A DNA stretch of 57,131 nucleotides, counting the filler, from Bipalium vagum (lineage: Eukaryota), in the NCBI GenBank assembly GCA_037834085.1. It is 3 parts of 3 records of this genome, joined end to end, with 100 filler letters (N's around TTAATTAATTAA, not from the genome) between each part and the next. Parts side by side here need not be neighbours in the genome. Positions count along the whole stretch, not along the records: positions 39,638 to 57,131 come from JBBMKC010063167.1; 2 more parts are not named here. One strand, 5' to 3'. The position numbers and the translations under genes were made by a program. The notes beneath the pieces are model-generated. The model was not told the DNA's origin. It did no database searches and worked only from the letters and a program-made list of their open reading frames with translations. Positions 39,839 through 52,400 of this stretch are shown piece by piece. Positions within the stretch are counted from its first letter, which is position 1; every line of letters begins with the position of its first letter.

Positions 39839-40384
39839 CTACTGAGGAATCAATATTTTTTTACTTTGTTACACAGCACCAAAGAATGCGGACTGTAGTC
39901 GAATGTGGGCAATTAAATAAATTTTTACTGAAATCCAATAAAATGTCATGCTGTGGGCTATATTCGCTAAAATACGGTATTTAAAATTTTAAAAATTAAT
40001 AAAATTTAAAAATATAAAATTAAAGAATAACTGTTTAATTAGGTTTAAAAAATATTTTATAAATATTCTAACATTTTTACGGTAAAAACAGATTTTAAAC
40101 ACAAATTTGCAAATTTCAAATTGAGTTTGAGAATTTTAAGTACACAGATATAACAATAGGTAATATATTAGTTTTCTATGATCTTTCCTACCAAAAAATG
40201 ATATAAAAACTTAAGAATTAATAACTTAATTTATATTTCGATTATGCATATTATTTTACAAATGAAGGTAATTATTAAAATCAATTATAATACCAATAGG
40301 TTTTACTCTTTCTTTAAATAATCTAAATATGTTCTACATAACATTTTAAAAATATTCCTAAAATTGAATCATTTTTAAGTCGTT

Positions 40385-41189
40385 ATGATACAGGCCATTC
40401 TAATCTTTAACAACAATGGAAAACCAAGATTGATAAAATTCTACGATTATTATGTGAATTATTTATCAAAGTTTATCAATATTTTAAATTAACCTTTTAG
40501 CCAACAGAAATGCAACATCAAATTGTAAGAGAAATCTTTCAATTAGTATCCAAGCGAACAGATGATGTTTGCAATTTTCTGGAAAGTGGCAGGTTGACGA
40601 TTAGACGTTTATCTAATTTCTTTTTCATAACTCATTTATCAACAGTTTAATCAATGGGAAAGAAAACAAACTTGTCTACAGGCACTATGCAACATTGTAT
40701 TTTGTTTTTTGCGTTGATTCCAGCGAAAGCGAATTAGGAATTTTGGATTTAATTCAGGTTTTTGTTGAGTCTTTGGATAAAGCCTTTGAAAATGTTTGCG
40801 AGTTGGATCTGATCTTCAACATAGACAAGGTATTTTCGTTGGGCTTCGACCATTAAATTGAACTGTAATTGTCAGGTGCATCATATTTTGAAAGAGGTCG
40901 TCATCGGAGGTCTGGTTCTCGAGACTCACATGAGTGAAATTCTCAGTCGGTACGAGGAGCAGAACAAAATTGAAAGAGAAGAGGTTGGTGATATTGATCG
41001 AATGTTTTACCTTGTTGGGTGCGGTTGACAGCGTCACGACGACTTTCCTCTTTTTCTTTGTTTCAGAATGGTTTTGCCTCAAAATCAGGAAGCGCGGTTT
41101 CGGCTGTGAAAAGTATCAACATTCCCCAAAAGTTGAAGGACATGAAGCTGGCCGATTTGCAGAACATCCAAACAAAATTCATCAAGTGA
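40385..41189 (+). CDS. AP3S: AP-3 adaptor complex sigma subunit (191 aa)
   Basis: Exons 40385-40453, 40501-40592, 40646-40829, 40876-40983 and 41067-41189, all GT-AG. Translation MIQAILIFNNNGKPRLIKFY..VSKRTDDVCNFLE..YRHYATLYFVFCVDSSESELGILDLIQVFVESLDKAFENVCELDLIF..AVSAVK matches AP3S1/2. Missed by the ORF track because of its introns. Confidence 0.97.
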
Positions 41190-42739
41190 ATTTGTCAATG
41201 CCAAAAAAGTGCTCAAAAATTGACCTATTATTTTACGTTTCTTATATAGTTTTACATATTTTTTAATCTATTATCGCAATTTTCCATCAATCGTTTTTTG
41301 CCCCACAGGAAATTTTTTACCATCCGTTGCATGGCAAAACGGATTTTTAGTTTGATTAAGTCCCCAAAAATAATAATTGCAATTATTTTTCTTCGTAATC
41401 ATCGTTATCATTTTCATAATTACATTGGCATCCATTATGTTCCCTCCGGGCCAGAAGCGATACGTGCTCCTTGATTGGTTTAATTGATTGTTGTGTTGGC
41501 CAATTACATTTAGGAGAGATAAATTAACAATTATTATTATTCTCGCATTTTGGTAAGCAAACAAATGTAAAATTCCTTTAGATGAAATTAGTTTTTTTGT
41601 CAGTGTCGATTTTGATATGAATTATTTGATGATCGTAGTTTATGAAAGGAAAACTTTAAAAAAAGGAATAAAAAATTCTTTAAAATTTTGAATAAAATTA
41701 GTCTTGAATATTGAAGAAATTCGACCAATTGTTTTAAATGATTTTCTACATTGTGCATGTTTTAGCCGCACATGGAAAGTTCATTATTTCTTATATTTAT
41801 TCAATCTCAAAATAAAATTAACTCCTTGAGAAATGCAAATTTTTTCTTAAAATATTGATTTAGTTTCAGAAATTGAAGATTCATTTCTAAATATAATTTT
41901 GAAACAAATATCTGCATTTAAATTTTAAAATAATTTTTGATCCGTGTTTGAACTAACTATTTTAATCAGAATATTTACGAATATCATATCCAATATCAGC
42001 AATTTAATTAAGCGAACATTTTCTGCTTCCTATTCAATAGAAGCATAATATTTAAGAATTTTGAAAAATATGAATGCGTTAATGTCCAAATTATTAGATA
42101 TGGTGATTATTTTTTCATCTGAAGAATAATAATTTTTATTATTTTTACTAAGCGGGTCTAAATCGTTATTTAAACTTTAACGTTTTTCAACGTACATCAG
42201 AATTTGGTGATTTTTCAATAACAATACCAAGTATTTTGATTTATTTCAAAATTTACGATTTATTATAATACAATGAAGTTTTAAATTACATTTTTCAATT
42301 TTTAAGTATTAGTATCACCCGTGTAATATTAATTTAATCTTACTGGAAAAATAATAAAAACGTTGTATTATCTCAAACTTCCTCTGAGGAATATAAATAA
42401 TTAAAGTACAGAACGCGAGTCTATAAAATAATTTATATAAAATCTAATAATATTTATACATAAAATAAACAACAAAAAATATTATTAAGGAATCAATTTA
42501 TGCAAAAATTTTCCTAATCAACCTGAAAATTTGTTTAAGTGGAGATATTGATATTTTTTAAAAATCTTTTTTATGAAAAATAATGGTTTTCTTACAAGAG
42601 CATTTTGTAGAATTAAACATAAAGAGGGGAAATGTTTAATATTGAAATTTTAACGAAGCTTATATAAATAAAAGATGAAAAAGTGAAATATCTATTAATT
42701 CTTTTAATATAATATTTATTAATATAATTATATATATCT

Positions 42740-42860
42740 TTTTTTTAAGTACACGCTTTTTAAAAACATTTTTGAACACGCAAAATTTTATTTATACTAC
42801 TATCTTGAAACATGTTTCGATCTCTTTCAAATCTTCTTCAGTCAATTTTATTCTTCCACG
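42740..42860 (-). mobile_element. Penelope-like element terminal (pLTR) fragment
   Basis: Hammerhead motif followed by AATAAA, TGCGTG and an A-run; the same layout recurs at 50545-50650. Confidence 0.55.
42805..42845 (-). ncRNA. Minimal type I hammerhead ribozyme motif
   Basis: UUGA-CUGAAGA-A-GAUUU-GAAAG-AGAUC-GAAA-CAUG-U-U-UCAA: conserved core, 5-bp stem II, palindromic ACAUGU stem III, 4-bp stem I. Confidence 0.7.
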
Positions 42861-44509
42861 ATGTCTTTCTTCAAATGATATCACTATCATGATTTAAAAA
42901 TATGTTGGATTTTGAAGCAGTAATAATGAGGATAATAATAATGGTAATAGTAATTATACTAATATTGAAAAGAATAATAATTAGTAATAATAAAAATTAA
43001 TGATATTATTTTATTTGGAAAGTTAATAATAATAATAATTTCTAATTAATAATAATTTTTAAATAATAATAATTTCTAATTAATAATAATAATAATGATA
43101 AGAATAATTTTTTATTAATAATAATAATAATTTTTTTGTGTCATTTTTATAATGAAAAAATCCCGTTTGAAAAATTTGTTTGATCAGGCTAATGGATTTT
43201 TCCATAATAACATTTCTTTTGTGATCGATTTAATATTTGTAATTGTTAATACAAATAAAGTTTTATATTAAATATTTCGAATTGGTTATTAAGGGAGCGG
43301 ATATTGTATAGTGGAGAGTGTTTTACATTCATAGGGGTTGAGAGAGATTTCGAACACAACGAGTTACACAAAGTGAGGAGTCACGAGCAGACGAGCACAC
43401 GTAACTACATTTTAGTATAATAGTAACAAATATTATCTGCATTATTATTGGATTAAAGTAAAAAAAACTTTTAATTCTAAAAACTTTAAAAATATTATTT
43501 TTTAATTATTTTAAAATTGTTTTTAAATTATTTTTTTTAGAAATAATTATTTTTAAAATATTAATTAAGGAAAAAATTATTCATCCAATGATTTCTGCTT
43601 TCTCCATTCTCCAAATTAATTTCTGGTTTTAGTTTTTTAATTACTAATGATTCACATATTTTTCTTTCTTCATCGTTATCAAATTTGGATATTACTACAG
43701 TAAACTCATTTTCATTGGCAATAAAAAATATTGTTAACTAGATTAAAAATATATATGTGTATATAATATTTATATAATATATATTAATATAGAAATATAA
43801 TTTATTTTTATATAATTTTTTTTATAGAAAAATAAGATATTTTTTAATTATAATGAAATCTTTTATACAGGATCTCCATATCGATATGATGAATTTTATT
43901 TGCATGAAAACATGAATTCCAATTTAAATTTTGGAACTATAAATCTTTATGTATTTGTAGATGGTATATTAATTGTCGGAATTATTATATTTTATGATTG
44001 ATAGAATCCAATTAAATCTGTTAAAATATTTTTACGCTAATCAATTACTATGTAAACTTTTCGTAACACTTAGCTCGTAAACTTTACTAAACTCTTCACT
44101 TTTATCAAATTTGTTCGCAATTAAATCAAAACAACTAAGAATAAAACTTTATTTCAAGTATCACAATTACAACGGTAATCCCATTATCTTATACATCTTA
44201 AATTCCATAGATGTCATAATATTAACCAAAAATTTGTTTTTCAAATTAAAATAAAATGTCAATATCAAAGAGATGATCCAATTTTAGATGTTTTTCGTTA
44301 TTCTTATAATAATTATAACATTATATTACAATAAATTTGAAAAAACATCTGAATATATATTTTCAAAATTAAATTGTCATTGAATGATATCTCCTTGATG
44401 AAACTTTTATCTGTTTTTCTTTTTAACTGATGATTCCCAGAAAGATATGATATTAAAAGTAGTGCATTAGAAATTATTATTGAAAACATCTTATTGGTTA
44501 AAACCATTT

Positions 44510-44973
44510 ATAGAATTTAATATAGAAAATGAAAAGCTAAAAGAGATGGAGATATCTTTGGGGATTTCTTTTTCAAATTATTAAATAATGCATTTTATGG
44601 AAAGACATTGAAAAATGTTATGAAAAGACAAAAAAGAAATCGTTATTGATTATAAAAAAGTGAATTATGTGCGTCTAAATTAACATTTGAAAAATCAAAA
44701 ATATAGCTGCATGCCACATGAAAAAATCTAATATAAAATTTAAGAAATTTAATTATGCAATATTTTTGTCTTAGAATATTACAATTAATGTATAATTTCG
44801 TATATAATTGTTTAAAAAAGAATTATCTGGAAAACATGAAATTGGTGATACAGATTCTTTATTTATTGAATTTATAATAGATGAGAAAGAAACAATTAAG
44901 GATATAGAAAATAAACTGAAATTATTTAGGAGATGAATTATTTCAATTTAAAGATGAGAAACCAAATGAGATA
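44510..44973 (+). mobile_element. Protein-primed PolB fragment (Polinton/Maverick), second lineage
   Basis: KLLNNAFYGKTLKNVMKR (motif B, cf. KLMNNAVFGKTMENVRKR), GDTDSLFIEF (motif C) and QFKDE. Frameshifted. Confidence 0.8.
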
Positions 44974-45930
44974 TTTCCTGGGTTAGCCAAGGACACCCGC
45001 AATAGGGTTTAGATTGATTATTAAGACCGCAAGAGGGTCAGAAATAACTTAATAATAATAATCAATTAATAATAATAATTAATTAAAAAGTACATCCAAA
45101 CAAAAAAGGGGCAATTAATTATTTTCAAAAAGGACCTAATCTTGACAGTGGCTAATCTAAATTGCCAAGATTGGATCAGGGTCCGCAAGGAGGGACCAAT
45201 TTAGTAATTAATTATTTTTAAGGGATCTGTTCTTGACAATGGCAAACCTAAATGGGAAGGAGGGACCGAATAGAATTATCGGTCTAAAAAGGGAATCGAC
45301 ATTCCCCATTAATCAAGCTGATCTACGATTGATTATTCGTCTGATCAGAATGAGTTGGAATTCGCAGTGGATTGCCACAGAAGTGAGATCGAGAATTATT
45401 ATTATTGTCAGAAGAAGGATCAAGAGCTGTTATTATTGCTTTATTGTCAGAAGAGTCAAAATATGATGCTATTATCTGAGGATTTTTTCGAAATTGTAAA
45501 TTCATATTTATGCCCTCTATGCGACAGGAGCTCTCGACAAGTCCTGTGCTGTCAGGGGGTTTCTGAACGGACCGAATTGGGCTCAGCTAACCACCCTTTG
45601 GACCTGTCGTCACAAGTGGTGAGAGTATCTTAATTTTTATTCATTTTTTCTTTTTAATTAACCCTTACGTACGGACATTTATTTGATATTGATATTTAAT
45701 TATTTAATTGATTATTATCATTTGATTTTTAGCTTGATAGCATTTGATTTTTTTTGTGTAAAAACATTTGATTACAGACATTTTATTGATCATTTGAAAC
45801 ATTTTTTTTACTGTTTGTATTGTTATTTTAGCAATAAAGTGTTGTTCATAGTTGTTTAATTCATTCATTTGAGTACACGTATAGGCAAAATTGAAGAGGT
45901 CAGTAACTTTGCGAGTTAAGTGTTACGACA
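44974..45930 (+). repeat. LTR-like insertion
   Basis: Starts with a variant of the 17436 terminus (CTGGGTTAGCCAAGGACACCCG), has AATAAA near 45833 and ends GTGTTACGACA; a related end lies inverted at ~44060-44100. No clear TSD. Confidence 0.5.
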
Positions 45931-46381
45931 GTGATCATATTGAGATAATATCGTAAAAGCTTTTTAAGGCTCTTCAAGGCTTTTTGAGGTAATTATCCAG
46001 AAGTGAAAAAAAATGATTTTTTTCACTAAAAAAAATTACCTGAAAAATTAATTTTAAAAATCACTAAAAAAATTAGTCTCAAAAAATTCAGCCTAAAAAT
46101 ATATTTTGTTTAAAAATATTAAAATATAAAATTTAATAAAAAAAAATGAAATATCCAAAATTAAAAATATACCAAATGTATAAAATATGCTAAATATTTA
46201 AATATAAAATAAGCCTATTTCAGGGTCTTTTTTTAAGTGTGTACCTTATGTTTAATATAAAAAAATCACTAAAAAATTCATTAAAGACAAAGTAAAAATA
46301 TATTAAAAATTAAAAAATAAATGTCAAACCGAAACACAACAGAAAATTCCGTCATCAATCTTGATGAGTGGCAAGCGATTA

Positions 46382-46700
46382 GGATTTTTTTACGGTTCTC
46401 GTACCCCCAAAGTATGGTTTGTTTTAATTCTTCATTTTAATCATTTATCACTAGATTTTTTTAATTAATAAATTTTAATATTTTTATAATTTTTAAATGT
46501 AGTTAAAATATTATAATGAAAACTTTTAACATAGTAACATAGTTACACAATAATCTATTTAGAATAGAAAAACAAAAATGACCCTGGGGGTATGAGAACG
46601 GAATTTTAACTGTTGTTTTACAAGAATGTTGATTTTGAAATCCTATTAAAAATTTATGATAATATTTTCGTGATATGCTGATATTTTTGGTTTTGAAATA
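46382..46700 (+). repeat. Non-autonomous element copy A with internal inverted motif (GTTCTC(G/A)TACCCCCA)
   Basis: Inverted relative to 47960-48230. Confidence 0.8.
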
Positions 46701-46719
46701 AAAGGTGATTTTCTAGATC

Positions 46720-47900
46720 ATAATAACTATTTTTTCAAATTGTTCATAACCTTTATCTAGTTATTATTATGAAAATAAACTATAATTCCTACTTGTAAAA
46801 AATGTCCAAATTGTTTTAAGTCATCAATATATTTCCCAGTTTCTTTAATTTCAACTTAAAACATATTATGTATTTTTTTCGCCCAATCATCTTGGATTGG
46901 ATCTCCTCTTCTAATATTGCAGACAAGTCTGATGCTACTTGCCGAGTTCCTTTGAACGGAGGTTGTTCGACATGTCTCGCAATATGCCTGTCAAACCTAT
47001 CTGTTGTTTTTCGCGGTCTCTTACATTTAATACATTTCCTTCATACGACAGATCATTATTGATGTTTCGCTGGCAATAATTACTGACACCAGACAGTGTC
47101 AAATCAAGAGTACAGGCTATCTGTTCATATGTCCATTCTGCATGTTTGTGTAATGCATAAATCTGTCCTTTTTCAAAAGGCGTTAAAGCGAAACCACGCA
47201 TAATTTGACGAATATACTGGAAATTAAACTAAACTAATATTCTAGCTGAATTATAAAGCAAAAAAAACTTCCATGGTTTAACAAAATGAATTACAAAACT
47301 TTAAATTTGAATTGACAACTATAAATAATCTGATATATATAATATATATATATATATAAACAAATTTATTTAATTGAAAAAGTGTTGAATTTTTTGCGAT
47401 GGACAATTTAATGTATCAGACTGTATCTTATTCTATTATCATGTTCTCCAAAGTTTAAATATATTTTACTTTTAGAATTATCATAAGTTAAAGAAGTTAC
47501 TATTGATCTTGCTAAGCAAATTGTATCATTATTTTGAATTATGTTAACAGAATTTTGTGCAAAATTTTGTAATATTAAATTATTTGAATTATTACCACTA
47601 AAATTAATAAATTTCTTCCTTTTCCTGTTGAGATTGGAATAGTTAAAAATTCAAAAATTGCATCTTCAATATTTAATGTTTGTTCTGATTGTAAAATTTT
47701 TTCTAATCTTCCAATAAATTGATTTACTACTTCTCCTTTTTTACATAAAGAAAAACAACTATGTCCTGAATAAATTAAAGAATATAAAGGTGTTAGTTTA
47801 ACATTATAATTATCATTATTATTTGTAATTGGTTTCTAAAATAAGACTTAAACAATTTGTAATAGTATTTTCTGTTATATCTTTTGAAGAAATTTTAAAT
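46720..47900 (-). mobile_element. Inverted N-terminal segment of Polinton pPolB (terminal protein/OTU-like region), interrupted by a Tc1 fragment
   Basis: RLEKILQSEQTLNIEDAIFEFLTIPISTGKGR and SVNIIQNNDTICLARSIV (47497-47550); after the Tc1, VEIKETGKYIDDLKQFGHFLQVGIIVY. These motifs are typical of the Polinton pPolB N-terminus. Confidence 0.7.
46870..47426 (-). mobile_element. Tc1-like element 5' half
   Basis: TA-CAGTCTGATACATTAAATTGTCCA terminus; MRGFALTPFEKGQIYALH..WTYEQIA, then frameshifted KRPRKTTDRFDRHI. Confidence 0.8.
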
Positions 47901-47959
47901 TTATAAACTTTTCGTAAATGTTTTTATGATAATGTGAATTTAAATAAGTTATTTTATTA

Positions 47960-48230
47960 CCTTCAAAATTTAGAAATCTTAGATTATAATCATCATGAAA
48001 TAAATCGTCAGAAAAAGAACATTCTTCAAAAGGTAAAACATTTTTATTCGGTGGTTAAAATTCCGTTCTCATACCCCCAGGGTCATTTTTGCTTATCTAT
48101 TCTTAATAGATTATGATGTAACTATGATACTATTTAAATATTTTAGAAAATTTTTAAAATCTACTAAATTTTCCATAAATTAGAATTAAAACAAACGTCA
48201 CTTTTGGGGTACGAGAACTGTAAAAAATCC
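47960..48230 (-). repeat. Non-autonomous element copy B (inverted copy of 46382-46700)
   Basis: GTTAAAATTCCGTTCTCATACCCCCAGGGTCATTTTTG...GGGGTACGAGAACTGTAAAAAATCC is the reverse complement of copy A. Confidence 0.8.
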
Positions 48231-50092
48231 AGAACAACTAATTGAAAATCTTATAAAATAAAAAAGTTTGTAATATTTGTGACGAAGAATCTTTTAAATC
48301 ATATCAACATAAATGTGATCATGAAAATTGTCCAATTTGTAACGAAAAATATATACCTTCTTTTAATGAACATAAATATTATATAAAAAATAATGAAGGA
48401 AGATTTAAACAAAGTTATAAATATTTATTTTTTTGATTTTAAAGAAACTCAAGAAAATGCTAGTTATCATGAAATGAATTATACAATAGCCTATGATAAT
48501 GAAAGAAATATATTTTATAAAATTCAATATTCAAATAATAAACCAAATAACAATTTAAGATTCAATTTCTTTAGTTGATACATTTTGTAAATTTTTCATT
48601 TCTAAAGATTTCAAACAGTATCCTTTATAGCTCATTATGGAAAAGATTATGATAATCATCCAGTATTAGGTTGGTTAATTCAAAATAAATTACCAGTTGA
48701 AAAAATTAGTTCAGGCAGTAAAATTTTATGCAAATAAACATTTTAATATAAGATTTTTTTATTCAATAAATTTTACTTTATGTCCACTAAAAGCTTTTCC
48801 AAGCACATTTGGTTTTAAAGGATATTTTCCATATTATTTCAATACAACAGAAAATCAGAATTATATAGGTAAATATCCATATTTAGAATATTATGGTTAT
48901 AATTATGAGTGATAATAATAAAGAAAAATTTTTATTAAAACAATGGCATGACGAAAAAATAAAAAATGACGAAATACTTAATTTTCCAGTTCAGATGTTT
49001 TATTATTGCTTAACAGGTGTCATAATCTTAACAAAAGGTTGTTTATTTATTGAGATTTATTCTTAAATATAAATTTATCAAAAGAAAAAAACCTTAAATA
49101 TGGATTCTTTTCAATATATGACAATAGCATAATTTTGTACAAAAATATTGATGTCTATGATAAAGGATGAAGAAATTGGAATTCCAAGATTAAGTAATTT
49201 TGAAGATGTATACTCTTATAAATGTATTCATTGGTTAGAATAATTAAGTAAAATTAATAATATAAATATTCAACATGCTAAACGAGGAGGAGAAAGATTT
49301 ATTAGTAAATTTAAGTTGATGGTTATTTTTATGATCAAATAACTAAAGTTCATTATATCTATGAATTTAATGGTTGTTATTTTAATGGATGTTTAAAATG
49401 TTATAATAAAGAAGAAATTTGTAAAAAAATGGAATTTTTAAATAACCAAACTTAAAAAAAAGAATAATATTATAAAATATTTTAGTGATACTAATTTAAA
49501 ATTAGAATGTTTATGGAAATATGAGAATGTGAATAAGAAAAGTATATATACATGTATTAGAAAACGCTAAATTTAACAATTTAAAAATTGGTCCAGTTTT
49601 ATCTAAATTGAAGCTAAAGGATGCATTTGTGGAGGAAAAACTGAACCAATACAATTATATTTTTTAAGTAAAAATAAAAAAGTAAAATATATAGATTTTG
49701 TTTCATTATATCCAACTGTAAATATTATGAATATCCAATTGGACATCCTATAAAAATATTTATTATTTCACCAAAAGAATATTTAGAAAAAAATTGTTTT
49801 GAATTATAAAATGAAAAATTTTAACACTAAGAAATTTACATTTACCAGTCTTACCTTATAAACAAGAAATAGGAAATGCTCATAAACTTTTATTTTCATT
49901 ATGTAGAACTTTTGTGGAAAAAATTAATATTAATTGTAATCATTATTTTATAAGTAGTTGTTGCCCAAATACTGAAAATTTAGATCATAAAACAAATAAA
50001 TGTAATATTTGTATAGAAATAAATACAATAATTCATGCAAAAAGAAATTGTGAAATATGTTATAATTATAGAAATGAAAAATGTAATCATAA

Positions 50093-50786
50093 TGTGGAGA
50101 CTACTCCCAGGCAAGGAAGCAGAAAAGAATTGATCCAAACTTTAATAAAAACTTAAATTTAACGTTGTGATCCAAATCCTTTAATCTTTTACATCTTGTA
50201 CAAAACTTTAATAAAAACTTGAATTCAATGTGTAAACTTATTGATCCTTTTATTCAATGTTGTAAATTTAGTGATCCTTTAATCCTTTACAAATCCAATT
50301 ATATAAATTCATTACAAAACTTTAATATGTATATGCATGTTATTTGGTATAAAGCTTATGTGTAAATAATTGATAAATCCCGAGGAAAAAATAAATTAAT
50401 TAATATTCATAGAAATAATAAATAAATTAAAATAATTATAAATTTAAAAATAACGATAAAAATAATTACTAAAAATAAAAATATTAACTAAATAAAGAAA
50501 TAAAGAAATAAAAAAAATTTATGAAAATTAAATATAGTTAATTTATATTTTTAAATAGACGCATTTCAATAATTTTGAAAAAAAATTTTCCAAATATTTA
50601 TTATCATAAAACATGTTTGGAACTATTATCAGTTCATTATCAGTCATTCATATTTAAAACAACATACTTTAATTATCTAAATGACGGATTAATTTTTAAT
50701 TTAAATATTTTGTAAAATTCTGAATGATTAATTACTTATTCTATTATTTAACACAAACTAACCCCATTCCATTTCAAAACTTAACA
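50093..50786. mobile_element. 694-bp solo-LTR-like insertion in pPolB
   Basis: TGT...ACA ends with a 4-bp ATAA duplication (50089-92, 50787-90). Removing it restores the frame KCNHNDERSLIGT. Confidence 0.8.
50605..50647 (-). ncRNA. Inactivated hammerhead ribozyme motif (Penelope-type fragment)
   Basis: AUGA-CUGAUAA-U-GAACU-GAUAAU-AGUUC-CAAA-CAUG-U-U-UUAU: stems intact, core G8>A and G12>C. Confidence 0.55.
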
Positions 50787-52039
50787 ATAATGATGAAAGA
50801 TCTTTAATTGGAACATAGTCAACAATTGAAATAAATAAGCAGTTGAAAAAGGATATAAAATTTTAAAAATTTATGAAATAGAATATTTTGAAAAAACAAA
50901 AATAAATTTATTTGAAAATTACATAAATATATTTATGAAATATAAATTGAAAGCTTCATTTTGTAAATGTAATCCTAATATTGTAATTCCAATTGTAAAA
51001 ATGAAAATGATTGTAATATCAAAATTGAACTTGTAACAGAAAATATAGCTTATGATCTAGATGTTGATAAAATGAAATTTAATGCGGGCTTAATTTTATG
51101 GCGAAAAGTTGTTTAGTTAGCTTATATTGGCATTTTGGAATGAGAGATGATTTTGAACAATTTTCCTGTTTACAATTATAATGATATTTGCAAAATAATA
51201 TTTGATGAAAAAATTAAAGATCCTAATCCAATTATTTTAAATGAAGAAAATTGGAAATATAATATAAAAGAAGAATGGAAAAAACCAAATAAAACTACAA
51301 ATATTTATATAGCAGCATATACAATAGCTCATGCAAGAATAAGATTAGATAACCTATTAGAAACATTAAATGAAAGGGTGATCTATTGTGATAACGATAG
51401 TACAATATATATTGATGATTCTTGCGAAATAAAAACTGTGATCATGAAGAATGTAAACCAGTTAGAAAAATAGAAATTATGATTGGAAAAAATTAGGAGA
51501 TCTAACAGAAGAAATTGAAAAAAGATTATGGAGTTGGATCTTATATAAATGAAATAGTTTATAATATAAAAATTTAGAGAACTCAGCAAAATAAAATTGT
51601 TACAACTGGTAAAACAATTTTATTTGTAAGGAATAATATTAATTTAGATAAACTAAGTTTTGAAAAGAAAAACAATTTTGTTTTAAACAACCCAAGTAAT
51701 CGTTTTAATAAAATAATACAGAAAAATATGAAATCATTGAAAGTATAAAATTTAAATTAACAGGAGATAATTATAAATTTAATAGATATCAAACAATGGA
51801 GGAAATAAAAATACATAATTGTGATATTAATAAAAGATAGAATATTTAGAAAAAGAAAATGTAATAACTTATCCATATTGATATTAAAAAAGAAAAATAT
51901 ATATCGAAAAAAGGCAATAAAAAATGTCATAAAAATAAAAAAAATTATTTCAAAAATAAATTAATTTTTAGCAATTTTATTTGTTGATTTTCGATTGTTT
52001 TTGAAAAAATATTTGGTAATTTTTTATAATTCTCTCATT

Positions 52040-52400
52040 TTTGTTTTAATTTTAAAATTAATCATTTTTCCACCTCCAAGTTATATTTCCATAAATTTGT
52101 CATGTAATAAAACACAATTTAAAAGTCCCATAAAATCATTTGCTTTTTTAATAATTAAGCTATTGTTGCTCCATTTATACATAAATTTTCTGCTTGATCT
52201 GTTAAATCAAAACAAAATATGGAATACAATTTTTCAAATTCTAATAAAGATCACAGTGGATAGTTCATAAAATATTTACATACTTCTACATAATTCAAAT
52301 AAGTTTCAACATTGTATCCTTTTTAAAGTTTATTGGTTTCAAAGGATAATAAGCTTGAAGAAGTTGAACCTGTAAATATTTAATTTTTATCTTGAACAAA
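52040..52400 (-). mobile_element. Possible Polinton major capsid protein C-terminal remnant
   Basis: YNVETYLNYVEVCKYF..SLLEFEN / SIFCFDLTDQAENLCINGATI resembles the C-terminus of Polinton double jelly-roll capsids. Convergent with pPolB. Confidence 0.4.

Larger units (their letters stand above)
48240..51600 (+). mobile_element. Polinton/Maverick protein-primed DNA polymerase B pseudogene
   Basis: Ordered motifs across frameshifts: YFFDF (ExoI), FIAHYGKDYD (ExoII), SINFTLCPLKAFPSTFGFKGYFPYYFNTTENQNYIG, IQHAKRGGE..VDGY..YEFNGCYFNGC, YIDFVSLYP (motif A), YPIGHP, LHLPVLP, KLLFSLCRT, AKSCLVSLYWHFG (motif B), NIYIAAYTIAHARIRL..YCDNDS (motif C). Confidence 0.92.
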
